Below are positions 16,880-25,385 of a stretch of DNA of 64,000 nt, piece by piece. Under the pieces are notes generated by a model that saw only the letters and a program-made list of their open reading frames with translations, ran no database searches and was not told where the DNA came from. The stretch is from IMG/VR virus record IMGVR_UViG_3300045988_074874; one strand, written 5' to 3'. The translations under genes were made by a program, and so were the position numbers. The stretch is from a virus. Within the stretch, counting starts at the first letter, position 1; each line of letters opens with the position of its first letter.

Positions 16880-17291
16880 TTATCAGCAAACAATGCCGTA
16901 TGGACAGGCGCAGATGCAACAGCCCATGCAGCAGATTCCGCAGATTTCCATGTTGCAAGGGCAAATGGTGGATGGAATTGATACTGTAAAAGCAAAGGAT
17001 GTTGATATGTCCGGCAATCCTGTTTACTATCCAAAAACAGATGGAACAGAAATATATAAAAAGCAATTACAGGCAGACGGAAGAAGCAGGATTTTTGTTT
17101 ACCGACTTGCAAATCCAGACGAACAGCAGCAACCGAAGCAGGAAGAAAAACAGATTGACATTGAGTCCATGTTTAACCAGCTTCGGAATGATGTTTGTTC
17201 TGAGATTTCCGGAATCAAAGATATGTTCCCGACATTTATGTCAGGAACATCGGAAGCTGCAAAACAGCAGAACGGAGGTAAGCAGAGATGA
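16785..17291 (+). CDS. Gln/Pro/Tyr-rich low-complexity protein
   Basis: RBS GGAGGAACA; N-terminal YPYYQPIMANPYQQPQIQPYQ...QQPMQQIPQ tract. Confidence 0.45.
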   Translation: MAYPYYQPIMANPYQQPQIQPYQDRLAQLQNSYQQTMPYGQAQMQQPMQQIPQISMLQGQMVDGIDTVKAKDVDMSGNPVYYPKTDGTEIYKKQLQADGRSRIFVYRLANPDEQQQPKQEEKQIDIESMFNQLRNDVCSEISGIKDMFPTFMSGTSEAAKQQNGGKQR

Positions 17292-17533
17292 ATTTCAACC
17301 CAAACGCCATGATGAAAAAGCAACTTGAGAAAATGATTTCTCAGAGGTTCGGAAGTGTGAATAACATGATGAACGATATGAGTAAATTTGCAGGAAATAA
17401 TCCGACATTGAAAAATGCATTGGATTTATACAAAAAAGGTGATACAGATCAGTTACATCAAATACAGCAAAATGTATTTAATGAAAAACACTTATCACCA
17501 GACGGAATTATCCAGAAGTTCCTTGGATTATAA
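17288..17533 (+). CDS. hypothetical protein
   Basis: ORF coupled to upstream gene. Confidence 0.4.
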   Translation: MNFNPNAMMKKQLEKMISQRFGSVNNMMNDMSKFAGNNPTLKNALDLYKKGDTDQLHQIQQNVFNEKHLSPDGIIQKFLGL

Positions 17534-17629
17534 CATTTCCCCATAATTGGGTGATTCAAAATCGCTACAATTTGGGATGACAGCCGCGGATGTCTCCTAT
17601 TGTAAATAAAATTTAAGGAGACTAAAAAC

Positions 17630-18430
17630 ATGATGAATGGTTCAAATTACAGTCTTAGTGACATTGCTGCCGCTACAGGCTCTAATAATCGCGCCAATGA
17701 TATGTGGGGCGGTGATGGCTTTTCACTTATCTGGCTTGTCTTGATCTTTGCTATCTTTGGATGGGGAGGTTTTGGCGGCTGGGGCGGCGGCTTCGGTGGA
17801 AATGGTGCAAATGGTGCTGGATTCCAAGGATGGGCCACACGTGCAGATATCAATGAGAGCTTTGCTCTTAATGATATCCAGAATGGTATCAGAGGTATTC
17901 AGCAGGGTATCTGCGACAGCACATATGCTCTCAACAATACCATGCAGAGTGGCTTCAACGGCGTGAACGTTGGAATGCTTCAGGGCTTCAATGGTGTTCA
18001 ACAGGCAATTAACGCTGATACCGTAGCTGGTATGCAGAATACCAATGCATTACAGTCTCAGTTAGCAAACTGTTGCTGTGAAACAAGAGAAGCTATACAG
18101 GGTATCAACTACAACCTTGCTACCAACACTTGTGCTCTCCAGAACACAATGAACAACAACACCAGAGATCTTCTGGAAAACCAGAACAGCAACACAAGAG
18201 CAATCCTTGACTTCCTGACTAACGATAAGATTGCAACATTACAGGCAGAGAACTCTGATCTGAAGCGTGCTGCATCTCAGGATCGCCAGTCCGCGCTGAT
18301 TGTAACTGAAATGAATGCACAGACGCAGCGATTAATCAATTCAATCAATCCATCCCCGATTCCTGCATTTCAGGTACCGGCTCCGTATGCATACGCAGGA
18401 TGCAACGGATATGGAAACGGTTGCTGCTAA
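17630..18430 (+). CDS. membrane protein with Gly/Trp-rich segment and Cys-rich C-terminus
   Basis: TM helix LIWLVLIFAIFGW followed by GGFGGWGGGFGGNGANGAGFQGW, then CCC and CNGYGNGCC clusters; RBS AAGGAGA. Confidence 0.5.
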   Translation: MMNGSNYSLSDIAAATGSNNRANDMWGGDGFSLIWLVLIFAIFGWGGFGGWGGGFGGNGANGAGFQGWATRADINESFALNDIQNGIRGIQQGICDSTYALNNTMQSGFNGVNVGMLQGFNGVQQAINADTVAGMQNTNALQSQLANCCCETREAIQGINYNLATNTCALQNTMNNNTRDLLENQNSNTRAILDFLTNDKIATLQAENSDLKRAASQDRQSALIVTEMNAQTQRLINSINPSPIPAFQVPAPYAYAGCNGYGNGCC

Positions 18431-18460
18431 GTAACTCACCCTTAGAGGTTGACTAATTCT

Positions 18461-18491
18461 AAGAGGTGGGTTACGGCTCACCTCTTATTTT
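18461..18491 (+). terminator. rho-independent terminator
   Basis: AAGAGGTG-N10-CACCTCTT then ATTTTG. Confidence 0.55.
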
Positions 18492-18508
18492 GATTGAGAG
18501 GTAAAAAT

Positions 18509-18934
18509 ATGAGTTGTAAAAATGTTTGTAAGCTCTGCAACCATCTTGTAATCAGCCAAGCCGTTGCATTTACAGGAGGCAATCTTGTAATCACACTCCC
18601 GGCAGGCAGTTATTCCAATGGAGAAAAGTATTGCATTGTGATCGCACAAAGTATACCAACAACCACTACGATTACCGCCCCGGTAATGATTCAAATAGGA
18701 ACAGGAACAACTTTGTATCCGCTAGAGAATCGTTGCTGTGCACAGGTTACAGCTTGTGGCGTAAGAACCAGAACGAAGTACGCAACAAGAGTAGCTACAA
18801 GTGCAACTGGTGGAGTATTCAAGATGTTAGGAAATCCAGCTTGTAGTCCGAGTAACAATTTGACAGCAATTAATGGTACAGCCCCAACGACAGACACACC
18901 TGTTACACAGGCTGTTAGAAAGGGGGAACTGTAA
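18509..18934 (+). CDS. Thr/Cys-rich hypothetical protein
   Basis: RBS GAGAGGTAAAAAT; CKNVCKLC N-terminus, Thr-rich beta-like body. Confidence 0.45.
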   Translation: MSCKNVCKLCNHLVISQAVAFTGGNLVITLPAGSYSNGEKYCIVIAQSIPTTTTITAPVMIQIGTGTTLYPLENRCCAQVTACGVRTRTKYATRVATSATGGVFKMLGNPACSPSNNLTAINGTAPTTDTPVTQAVRKGEL

Positions 18935-19560
18935 TGCATAAAGTTGCAATGGAAATGGGAAAATGGGCTATGGAAAAAGCCAAAACACATGGCTTCGACA
19001 ATCTCAGTGCTCAAGACTGGGACGATCTGAAAGACTGCATGGAATCCGTAAAGTGTGCGATTTGTGCAGATAAAGATTACAGAATCGTAGAAGCTATGGA
19101 CGAATGCGAACAGGAAGAGAAGTATCTTGGACGCATGGGATATGACAGGTATCGTTACGCAAACGGCAGATTTGCCCCGAAAGGCAAAGGAAGTCGCATG
19201 GGATATAAACCGTATCTGTACATGGAAGATGATGATTGGATGGAAGAGTATCTGAACAATCCAGAGTTTGAACGTAATATGTACCGCATGGGATATCATC
19301 CAGACCGTAGTGATATGAGAATGGATGGAATGAACCATAAGCAGTCCAGATATGGTGAAAGCTATGACAGATACAGCGAAAACCGCAGACATTACCATGA
19401 TTCCAATGATACAGAATCTAAGAGAAAAATGGATGATTCCATGAAAGAGTATACATCTGACATTATCCGTAATCTTACAGAGATGTGGTCAGATGCAGAC
19501 GCGACTCTTAGACAGTCGATGAAAACCGACTTAACCCGTCTGATACAGCAGATGAATTGA
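18934..19560 (+). CDS. hypothetical protein with three (G/S/Y)RMGY repeats
   Basis: GRMGYDRYRY, SRMGYKPYLY, YRMGYHPDRS; Asp/Arg/Tyr-rich. Confidence 0.5.
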   Translation: MHKVAMEMGKWAMEKAKTHGFDNLSAQDWDDLKDCMESVKCAICADKDYRIVEAMDECEQEEKYLGRMGYDRYRYANGRFAPKGKGSRMGYKPYLYMEDDDWMEEYLNNPEFERNMYRMGYHPDRSDMRMDGMNHKQSRYGESYDRYSENRRHYHDSNDTESKRKMDDSMKEYTSDIIRNLTEMWSDADATLRQSMKTDLTRLIQQMN

Positions 19561-19579
19561 CAAATAAGAATTAAATTTT

Positions 19580-19612
19580 GCCCTTGTTACAGAAATGTAG
19601 CAGGGGCTTTTT
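19580..19612 (+). terminator. rho-independent terminator
   Basis: GCCCTTG-N14-CAGGGGC then TTTTT. Confidence 0.5.
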
Positions 19613-19638
19613 AGCTGAGAAAAGGATGGTGATAAACC

Positions 19639-20025
19639 ATGCTAAGACAATTTTATATGAACGGGGACTTATGGAGAGTGCAGTTCGTATCTCCGCACGA
19701 CAGTGTGTTAATTGATCGCACAGGTAATAGAACACTTGGAGTATCGGATTATTCCACCCATGTTATTTCAATCGCAAATAACCTTCACGGGGAACTTCTG
19801 AACCGTGTGTTTATCCATGAATTAGGTCATTGCGTGATGTTCAGCTACGGTCTATTACCAGAACTTCACCGCATGGTCAAAAAACGATACTGGGTGGACG
19901 CAGAGGAATGGTGTTGCAATCTTCTAGCTGACTATTCTTGTTTCGTGATTGGCACAGCTAGAGATGCTTTAGGAAACCAGTTCACATATGTATCTCCTGT
20001 TGGGGTAGAAAGGATGATAGCTTAA
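19639..20025 (+). CDS. small HExxH zinc metallopeptidase-like protein
   Basis: FIHELGHCV motif in 128 aa. Confidence 0.5.
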   Translation: MLRQFYMNGDLWRVQFVSPHDSVLIDRTGNRTLGVSDYSTHVISIANNLHGELLNRVFIHELGHCVMFSYGLLPELHRMVKKRYWVDAEEWCCNLLADYSCFVIGTARDALGNQFTYVSPVGVERMIA

Positions 20026-21713
20026 TGGCATTTGCAGACAATAATATCATACCAATACAATTAGATTATAGATTCGTGACAACCCGTAAAATCTGGCAAT
20101 ACGACTACGGTCAGATATTGAGCATCACAGGACAGAATCTTCCAACAGCTACGGAGGTACATTTTAGCCTCGATATAAGAGGTGGAAGCACACTGTCAAG
20201 AGTTGGAACAACAATAGATGGCGTGACAACTGTTAAGATTCCAGACGAATTACTGAAAAACAATGGAAAGTCTGGTGATTTTTCTATCTATGCGTTCGTA
20301 TACGTGGCTGATGAGGAATCCGGCAATACAGAGTACAGAATTACTATTCCGGTGTACAGTCGACCAAAGCCAGAGAATCCAAGCGTAGATCCAGCACCGG
20401 AACCGAATATTTTCCATGAAACGGTTACTGCGGTCAATAACGCGGCTGATCGGGCAGAAAAAGCAGCGAAAGATACGGAGCAAATACGTGACAATCTGAA
20501 TCTTGACCTGTCAGAGAAAATTACTCGACCACAGTCCGCAAAGGTTGGACAGGTAATAGCGGTAAAAGAAGTCGGTACAGACGGCAAACCGACAGATTTC
20601 GAAGCAAAGGACATGACAGGCGGTGCGTCTACGGAAGAAATCAAAGAAGCTGTCGGTGCGTATATGCAAGAACACCCGTTTGAAGAGACCGACCCAACAG
20701 TTCCAGACTGGGCGAAACAACCAGAAAAACCGACATATACTGCAGAAGAAGTTGGTGCATTACCAGATAATACAAAGATTCCAACAAAGACATCTGAACT
20801 AGAAAATGACAGCGGATTTCTTTATTCTCCCCCAACTCCCGAAGTTGGCAAAATCCTCAAAATCAAATCAGTCAACGAAGATGGCACATTCGTCTGTGAG
20901 TGGGCGGATGGTGGAAGTAACTTGGATGTGCGGATTAATGGTGAGAGTATTGTGCAGGATGGGGTTGCGGAGATACCGATATCTTCGCATGATACTCTTG
21001 GATTGGTATACACCGACAACTCGGCCGGAGGCTATACTACTGGGCTAATGAATCAACAAGGAAGATTAAAAGTAAATACCGCAAGCATTGACGATGTAAA
21101 TAAGAGACGTCTTAGAAAAGAAATTGATTGTTCCAACTTTGATTACGCCGTCAAAGCCGCCATGTGCGATGGAAAAGGTGCTGCATGGACAGCAGAGGAA
21201 CAGGCGGCAGCTAGGGAGAGGATGGGGATTATTTCAGAAGATGATTTTGAATTAATAGCAACTGTGAACCCATCCAAAGAAGAAATTGTCAGTTCTATGT
21301 TAATAGATTTAGCCGAACCTATAAAAGCAAATTTTTATATTGTTTGTAACATAGGAATCACAGACAAATCACTAAATTATGTGAACATTCCACGACTTCA
21401 ATTGACGATTAATGATTACACTACATGGATGTATCAATCTCTACAAAAAAATAGTACAGAATTACGATATATGTTAATGCAGATACCGATATGTAAAAAA
21501 AGCGGGCTTGTTATTTTATCCAATCCTATACCTATAAATAATGATTTTCAGTCAGGTACAAACCTTGTTGGAAATGGATTAGGAATAGCACCATACAGTG
21601 ATCGTAATTATTCAAAAGGAATAACCAAAATAAACATTACAGCGAAAGATAACTACTCAGCAGGATATTTTTCGAAGAATACTGTGTTCACAATATATGG
21701 AAAACGTATATAG
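20025..21713 (+). CDS. tail fibre / receptor-binding protein with BppU-like N-terminal domain (XkdV-like)
   Basis: N-terminus IIPIQLDYRFVTTRKIWQYDYGQ resembles baseplate upper protein N domains; followed by XkdW/XkdX-like genes. Confidence 0.5.
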   Translation: MAFADNNIIPIQLDYRFVTTRKIWQYDYGQILSITGQNLPTATEVHFSLDIRGGSTLSRVGTTIDGVTTVKIPDELLKNNGKSGDFSIYAFVYVADEESGNTEYRITIPVYSRPKPENPSVDPAPEPNIFHETVTAVNNAADRAEKAAKDTEQIRDNLNLDLSEKITRPQSAKVGQVIAVKEVGTDGKPTDFEAKDMTGGASTEEIKEAVGAYMQEHPFEETDPTVPDWAKQPEKPTYTAEEVGALPDNTKIPTKTSELENDSGFLYSPPTPEVGKILKIKSVNEDGTFVCEWADGGSNLDVRINGESIVQDGVAEIPISSHDTLGLVYTDNSAGGYTTGLMNQQGRLKVNTASIDDVNKRRLRKEIDCSNFDYAVKAAMCDGKGAAWTAEEQAAARERMGIISEDDFELIATVNPSKEEIVSSMLIDLAEPIKANFYIVCNIGITDKSLNYVNIPRLQLTINDYTTWMYQSLQKNSTELRYMLMQIPICKKSGLVILSNPIPINNDFQSGTNLVGNGLGIAPYSDRNYSKGITKINITAKDNYSAGYFSKNTVFTIYGKRI

Positions 21714-21722
21714 AGCGGGGTA

Positions 21723-22028
21723 ATGATAGTGAGCAAAATAGCAGAATACAAACAAATCAATACAAGAACAGAATCTTACACAGTAACCGTTCCAGCCGAG
21801 TACGATGAAGACGGTAACCTCATCTCTGAAGAACATGAAGAAACCCGTACCCGTGAAGTCCCAGTGATGGGAATGGTCTACAGAGATATGACACCCGAAG
21901 AGATTGCCGAACTGGAGAAGATTCAGACGGAACTCCCAGAAGAACAACCAACTCAGCAAGATCGTATCGAAGCACAGGTTATGTATACGGCACTGATGAC
22001 AGACACATTATTAGAAAGTGAGGAATAG
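21723..22028 (+). CDS. XkdW-like small acidic protein
   Basis: Position between fibre protein and XkdX homologue. Confidence 0.35.
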   Translation: MIVSKIAEYKQINTRTESYTVTVPAEYDEDGNLISEEHEETRTREVPVMGMVYRDMTPEEIAELEKIQTELPEEQPTQQDRIEAQVMYTALMTDTLLESEE

Positions 22029-22030
22029 AA

Positions 22031-22156
22031 ATGTTTGAGAAAATTAAGAGATTTTTCAACCTGCATCTGTACACAAAGAAGCAGATCAGACAGTTTTGTG
22101 ACAAGGGCGTAATCACCCCGGAGCAGTATAAGCAGATCACCGGAGAAGAGTACTAA
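22031..22156 (+). CDS. XkdX family protein (41 aa)
   Basis: MFEKIKRFFNLHLYTKKQIRQFCDKGVITPEQYKQITGEEY matches the XkdX pattern (ITxEQYxxITGE); below ORF-track cutoff. Confidence 0.5.
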   Translation: MFEKIKRFFNLHLYTKKQIRQFCDKGVITPEQYKQITGEEY

Positions 22157-22173
22157 CATGAGTGAGGTATATT

Positions 22174-22560
22174 ATGAGAGGGTTAAAGCGACAGCAACAG
22201 ATAGTATACTGGTCAAAAGTAACCGAAGCACTTGATGGGATAGATACCGTATCGTCCTACAGTCAGCCACAAAGTTTTAAGTTTTCCGTATCATCCACCG
22301 CAGGAACACCAGAGGAAATATCGGCAGGAATTGTGCCGGATTACGACAGGTACATTACTTCATTCAACCGTTCTTTCCATCCGCAAGAGGGAGATGTATT
22401 TTGGATTGATACCGTGCCACAGGTTGACACACTCGGAAATCTGGTTCTGGAAGATGGTATTCCTACAACACCGCCAGATTATCGTTTGAAGAAAATCCTT
22501 GATACGCAAAGAGGGAATCTGGCTAGATATGGAATTAAAAAGATAGGTGCAGAAGAATGA
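22174..22560 (+). CDS. head-tail adaptor / head closure-like protein
   Basis: ATG with RBS GTGAGGT; size and position typical. Confidence 0.4.
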   Translation: MRGLKRQQQIVYWSKVTEALDGIDTVSSYSQPQSFKFSVSSTAGTPEEISAGIVPDYDRYITSFNRSFHPQEGDVFWIDTVPQVDTLGNLVLEDGIPTTPPDYRLKKILDTQRGNLARYGIKKIGAEE

Positions 22561-23075
22561 GCGGACGAGTAATCAAATGCAATCTGAGTCAAAAATCTAT
22601 TGGAAATGCAATCAAAGAGTTGAAAGCATATCAAAACAGCCTTCGCGATAAAAATGAAGTATTTCTTAAAAGACTTTGCGAATTGGGAATTCCTGTCATA
22701 GACGAAAATATTATGTTGGCACAGGGAGATTCTGATAAAAACCACAATACCTACATCAAAATCAACAGGTTCGGAAATTACGCGCAGGCAACTCTTGTGT
22801 GCGAGGGTTCTGGGATTTTATTCATAGAATTCGGTGCAGGTATTTCGTACAACACTCCGGCAGGAACAAGCCCCCATCCAAAAGGAGAAGAATTTGGATA
22901 TACTATTGGTTCTTACGGACAGGGTAAAGGAGAAAATGAATCGTGGGTATATGTGGCAGATTCTGGCGAATGGGTACGTTCTTACGGTACGGAGGCTACA
23001 ATGCCCGTTTACAAAGCAAGTGTAGAAATTATGCAGAACATCCGTAGAATCGCAAAAGAAGTGTTTTCTGCATAA
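22557..23075 (+). CDS. tail-completion / neck protein candidate
   Basis: 172 aa coupled ORF ahead of major tail protein region. Confidence 0.4.
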   Translation: MSGRVIKCNLSQKSIGNAIKELKAYQNSLRDKNEVFLKRLCELGIPVIDENIMLAQGDSDKNHNTYIKINRFGNYAQATLVCEGSGILFIEFGAGISYNTPAGTSPHPKGEEFGYTIGSYGQGKGENESWVYVADSGEWVRSYGTEATMPVYKASVEIMQNIRRIAKEVFSA

Positions 23076-23081
23076 AAACAT

Positions 23082-23124
23082 AGCACCTTTTCTTACTGAA
23101 TATAACGTCTGTTTTATGTATACT
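23082..23124 (+). promoter_or_regulatory. conserved motif copy 2 (AGCACCTTTTCTTACTGAATATAAC + 12 nt + TATACT)
   Basis: Identical 25-mer to 11555-11579. Confidence 0.45.
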
Positions 23125-23193
23125 GTAAGATATAAAAGCATCTACCGGAATGGTGGGTGCTTTTTCTATGCTCAAAACAAGGTGGTGACAGAG

Positions 23194-23595
23194 ATGCCAG
23201 ATGTAGTAAAAAATCCAGTTTCGGATGTATTTGAACGATGGATAACAACTATTGAACCTGTTGTAGGAAAAGGTAACTTTTCTAATGATGAAAGCCAGAC
23301 GGTAGCTTCAAGCAAAAAGGTTTACGCACGTTTGTTCTTGCTTGGAAATCCAACATCACGTGGCAATCTTGAGGGAGACGAGTGCGCGACAACGCCATCT
23401 TTCCAATCAGAATCCTATGCGACTGGTTCAAAAGCTTCTTCAAAAGTATATGAAATTGACGCTGCCAGTCACAAGGCTATGGTTGGCATGGGGTTCCGTA
23501 GAATATATGGGCCCGTAAGACAAAATAATGCTGATAACAGCATAAAACGTGTTGTTAGCAGATATAGCCGGATATATACCGGCACATTACTCTAG
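23194..23595 (+). CDS. hypothetical tail-module protein
   Basis: Internal ATG with RBS AAGGTGGTGA chosen because the table start (23116) would overlap the conserved promoter motif. Confidence 0.4.
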   Translation: MPDVVKNPVSDVFERWITTIEPVVGKGNFSNDESQTVASSKKVYARLFLLGNPTSRGNLEGDECATTPSFQSESYATGSKASSKVYEIDAASHKAMVGMGFRRIYGPVRQNNADNSIKRVVSRYSRIYTGTLL

Positions 23596-23612
23596 GAAAG
23601 GAGTGAAAAAAC

Positions 23613-23906
23613 ATGGAACAGATTATGAACTATGTGAAACCGGAACTTCTTATTGTCGCGGTTGTACTGTACTTTATCGGAATGGGTATTAAAAAGTCCG
23701 AAGTCATACCGGACAAATATATCCCGGCAATCCTTGGTGCTTTAGGCATTCTGATTTGTGGAATTTATGTTATTGCTACATGCGCTATATCTGGCGCACA
23801 GGAAATCGCAATGGCAATTTTTACCGCAATCACACAGGGAATCCTCGTTGCAGGACTTAGTAATTATGTAAATCAGATCGTAAAGCAGGCAAGCAAAGAA
23901 GACTAG
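23613..23906 (+). CDS. holin-like small membrane protein
   Basis: 97 aa with two or three TM helices and a charged C-terminus; RBS GGAAAGGAG. Confidence 0.5.
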   Translation: MEQIMNYVKPELLIVAVVLYFIGMGIKKSEVIPDKYIPAILGALGILICGIYVIATCAISGAQEIAMAIFTAITQGILVAGLSNYVNQIVKQASKED

Positions 23907-23926
23907 AAGGAGGTGATCCTTTTATC

Positions 23927-23948
23927 TCCCGGTACAGGGTTAAGTATC
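23927..23948. repeat. TCCCGGTACA...AGGGTT motif, copy 2, preceded by orphan perfect SD GAAGGAGGTGATCC
   Basis: ATCTCCCGGTACAGGGTTAAG; compare 15946-15972. Confidence 0.3.
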
Positions 23949-24016
23949 AGAACCAGAGCCATTAAGGCTCTTTTTTATTGCAATAATTCATAGCCGAAAG
24001 GCAGAAAGGAGCCAAA

Positions 24017-24496
24017 ATGGCACGATTAACTACACTTGGTGTGAAATTTTCATATGCCGTTGAAACCGTGAAAGGCACAAAGCCTACCAAATTCACACAG
24101 CTGGAAGAAGCCTCTTCCATCGGCGGTATTTCTCTTGAAACAGAACAGATTGACGTTTCTGCACTGGAAGATTATCTGACACAGTATGCAGCTGGTAGAC
24201 AGGATACTGGTGGTACATGGGAAATTGAATTCATCATGGATCCAGACAAATCTGTTAAACAGATTAAAAAACTGTACGAAGATTCTAAAGCTGCAAAAAC
24301 TACAGGACTGGCAACCTGGTTCCAGGTGTCATTCCCGGATATGTCCGACGCATTCTTTGTTATTGCAGAATGCGGTCGTGAAATTCCAATGCCAGAAATT
24401 GCACAGAACGAAGCAGCAACCATGTCTATTTCTCTTATCATCAATACATATAAGGGACTGGATACCAAAATTGAGCCGACAGCGGCTGCTGAATAA
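24017..24496 (+). CDS. major tail protein (TP901-1-like)
   Basis: 159 aa, strong RBS, followed by two chaperone-sized ORFs and the tape measure gene. Confidence 0.5.
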   Translation: MARLTTLGVKFSYAVETVKGTKPTKFTQLEEASSIGGISLETEQIDVSALEDYLTQYAAGRQDTGGTWEIEFIMDPDKSVKQIKKLYEDSKAAKTTGLATWFQVSFPDMSDAFFVIAECGREIPMPEIAQNEAATMSISLIINTYKGLDTKIEPTAAAE

Positions 24497-24520
24497 GATG
24501 TAAAACAGGGAGGATAATTC

Positions 24521-24934
24521 ATGTTTAGTTTCTCAGTAAATGATAAAACATACAAAGTAAAATTCGGATACGGAGTGCTTACTCAGTCGGACATTCTTAC
24601 ACAGGTGTCTTCTATGGGGGCAATCACCAATCCGAAAGATATGATTAAAATGCTTCCAGAACTGATTCTGGCAGGACTGCAAAGAAAACACAAAGATGAA
24701 TTCGGATACGAAACCGAAGAGGAAAAGAAAGTTGCATATGAAAAGGTATGTGACCTTCTGGACGACTACGAAGATGAATCCACAGAGGAAAATCCTCATA
24801 ATGGATTTACTTTATTCGAAAAAGCGAGTAAGGAGCTTGAGAAGAACGGTTTTTTATCCGGCATGATAAATGCAATGGAGAAGGCAGAGACGAAACTTCC
24901 GAAGACTCCACAGGATCACAAGAAGAAGAGCTGA
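24521..24934 (+). CDS. tail assembly chaperone (gpG-like)
   Basis: Position between major tail protein and tape measure, acidic C-terminus. Confidence 0.4.
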   Translation: MFSFSVNDKTYKVKFGYGVLTQSDILTQVSSMGAITNPKDMIKMLPELILAGLQRKHKDEFGYETEEEKKVAYEKVCDLLDDYEDESTEENPHNGFTLFEKASKELEKNGFLSGMINAMEKAETKLPKTPQDHKKKS

Positions 24935-24975
24935 GCTTTCCTGAGGTAGTCCACAAAAAGCTACTTCCACTTTAT

Positions 24976-25338
24976 TTGTCTATTGGCGTTTCTGAGGAAA
25001 AGTTTTGGGATTCCACACCATATGATTTAGAACCATACATGGAAGCCTACAAATTAAAACAAAAAATGGCTGATTCGCAAGCATGGCAGTTCAACATGTA
25101 CACGATGTGTGCAGTTCAGACTGCGGTTGCAAATGTGCTTATTGGTAAAAAGTCAAAGGCTGAATACCTTAAAGAGCCATTTTCACAAACAGCTGAAAAG
25201 CAAAAGCAAGAGGATGAAGAGAATCTTTCTGAAGCAGAAAAGAAACGGCAACGTGACAGGTTGCTCATGACATTGCAACTCATGCAAGCAAATTTTGAGT
25301 TGAATCATGGTAATAATGACGAGGGCAGGCAGGATTAA
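24976..25338 (+). CDS. tail assembly protein (Gp15-like)
   Basis: Position and size. Confidence 0.4.
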   Translation: MSIGVSEEKFWDSTPYDLEPYMEAYKLKQKMADSQAWQFNMYTMCAVQTAVANVLIGKKSKAEYLKEPFSQTAEKQKQEDEENLSEAEKKRQRDRLLMTLQLMQANFELNHGNNDEGRQD

Positions 25339-25366
25339 AAGTCTTGTCTGCCCTTTATTTTTTTTG
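25323..25366 (+). terminator. strong hairpin plus T-run immediately upstream of tape measure gene
   Basis: GGGCAGGCAGGA-TTAAAAG-TCTTGTCTGCCC (12 bp with 2 G-T) then TTTATTTTTTTT; the stop codon of the upstream gene lies in the loop. Confidence 0.45.
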
Positions 25367-25385
25367 ATTAAAAGGAGGTGCTTTA

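Noticed and set aside
18691-19398. 235-aa minus-strand ORF
   Set aside because: Antisense to two well-supported + strand genes (18509-18934, 18934-19560) that have their own RBSs. Its His/Phe/Val-rich low-complexity translation is typical of a reverse-frame artefact.
23116-23193. Upstream extension of ORF 23194-23595 to the ATG at 23116
   Set aside because: It would place the conserved late-promoter motif and its -10 element inside the coding sequence. The internal ATG at 23194 has a strong RBS (AAGGTGGTGA).
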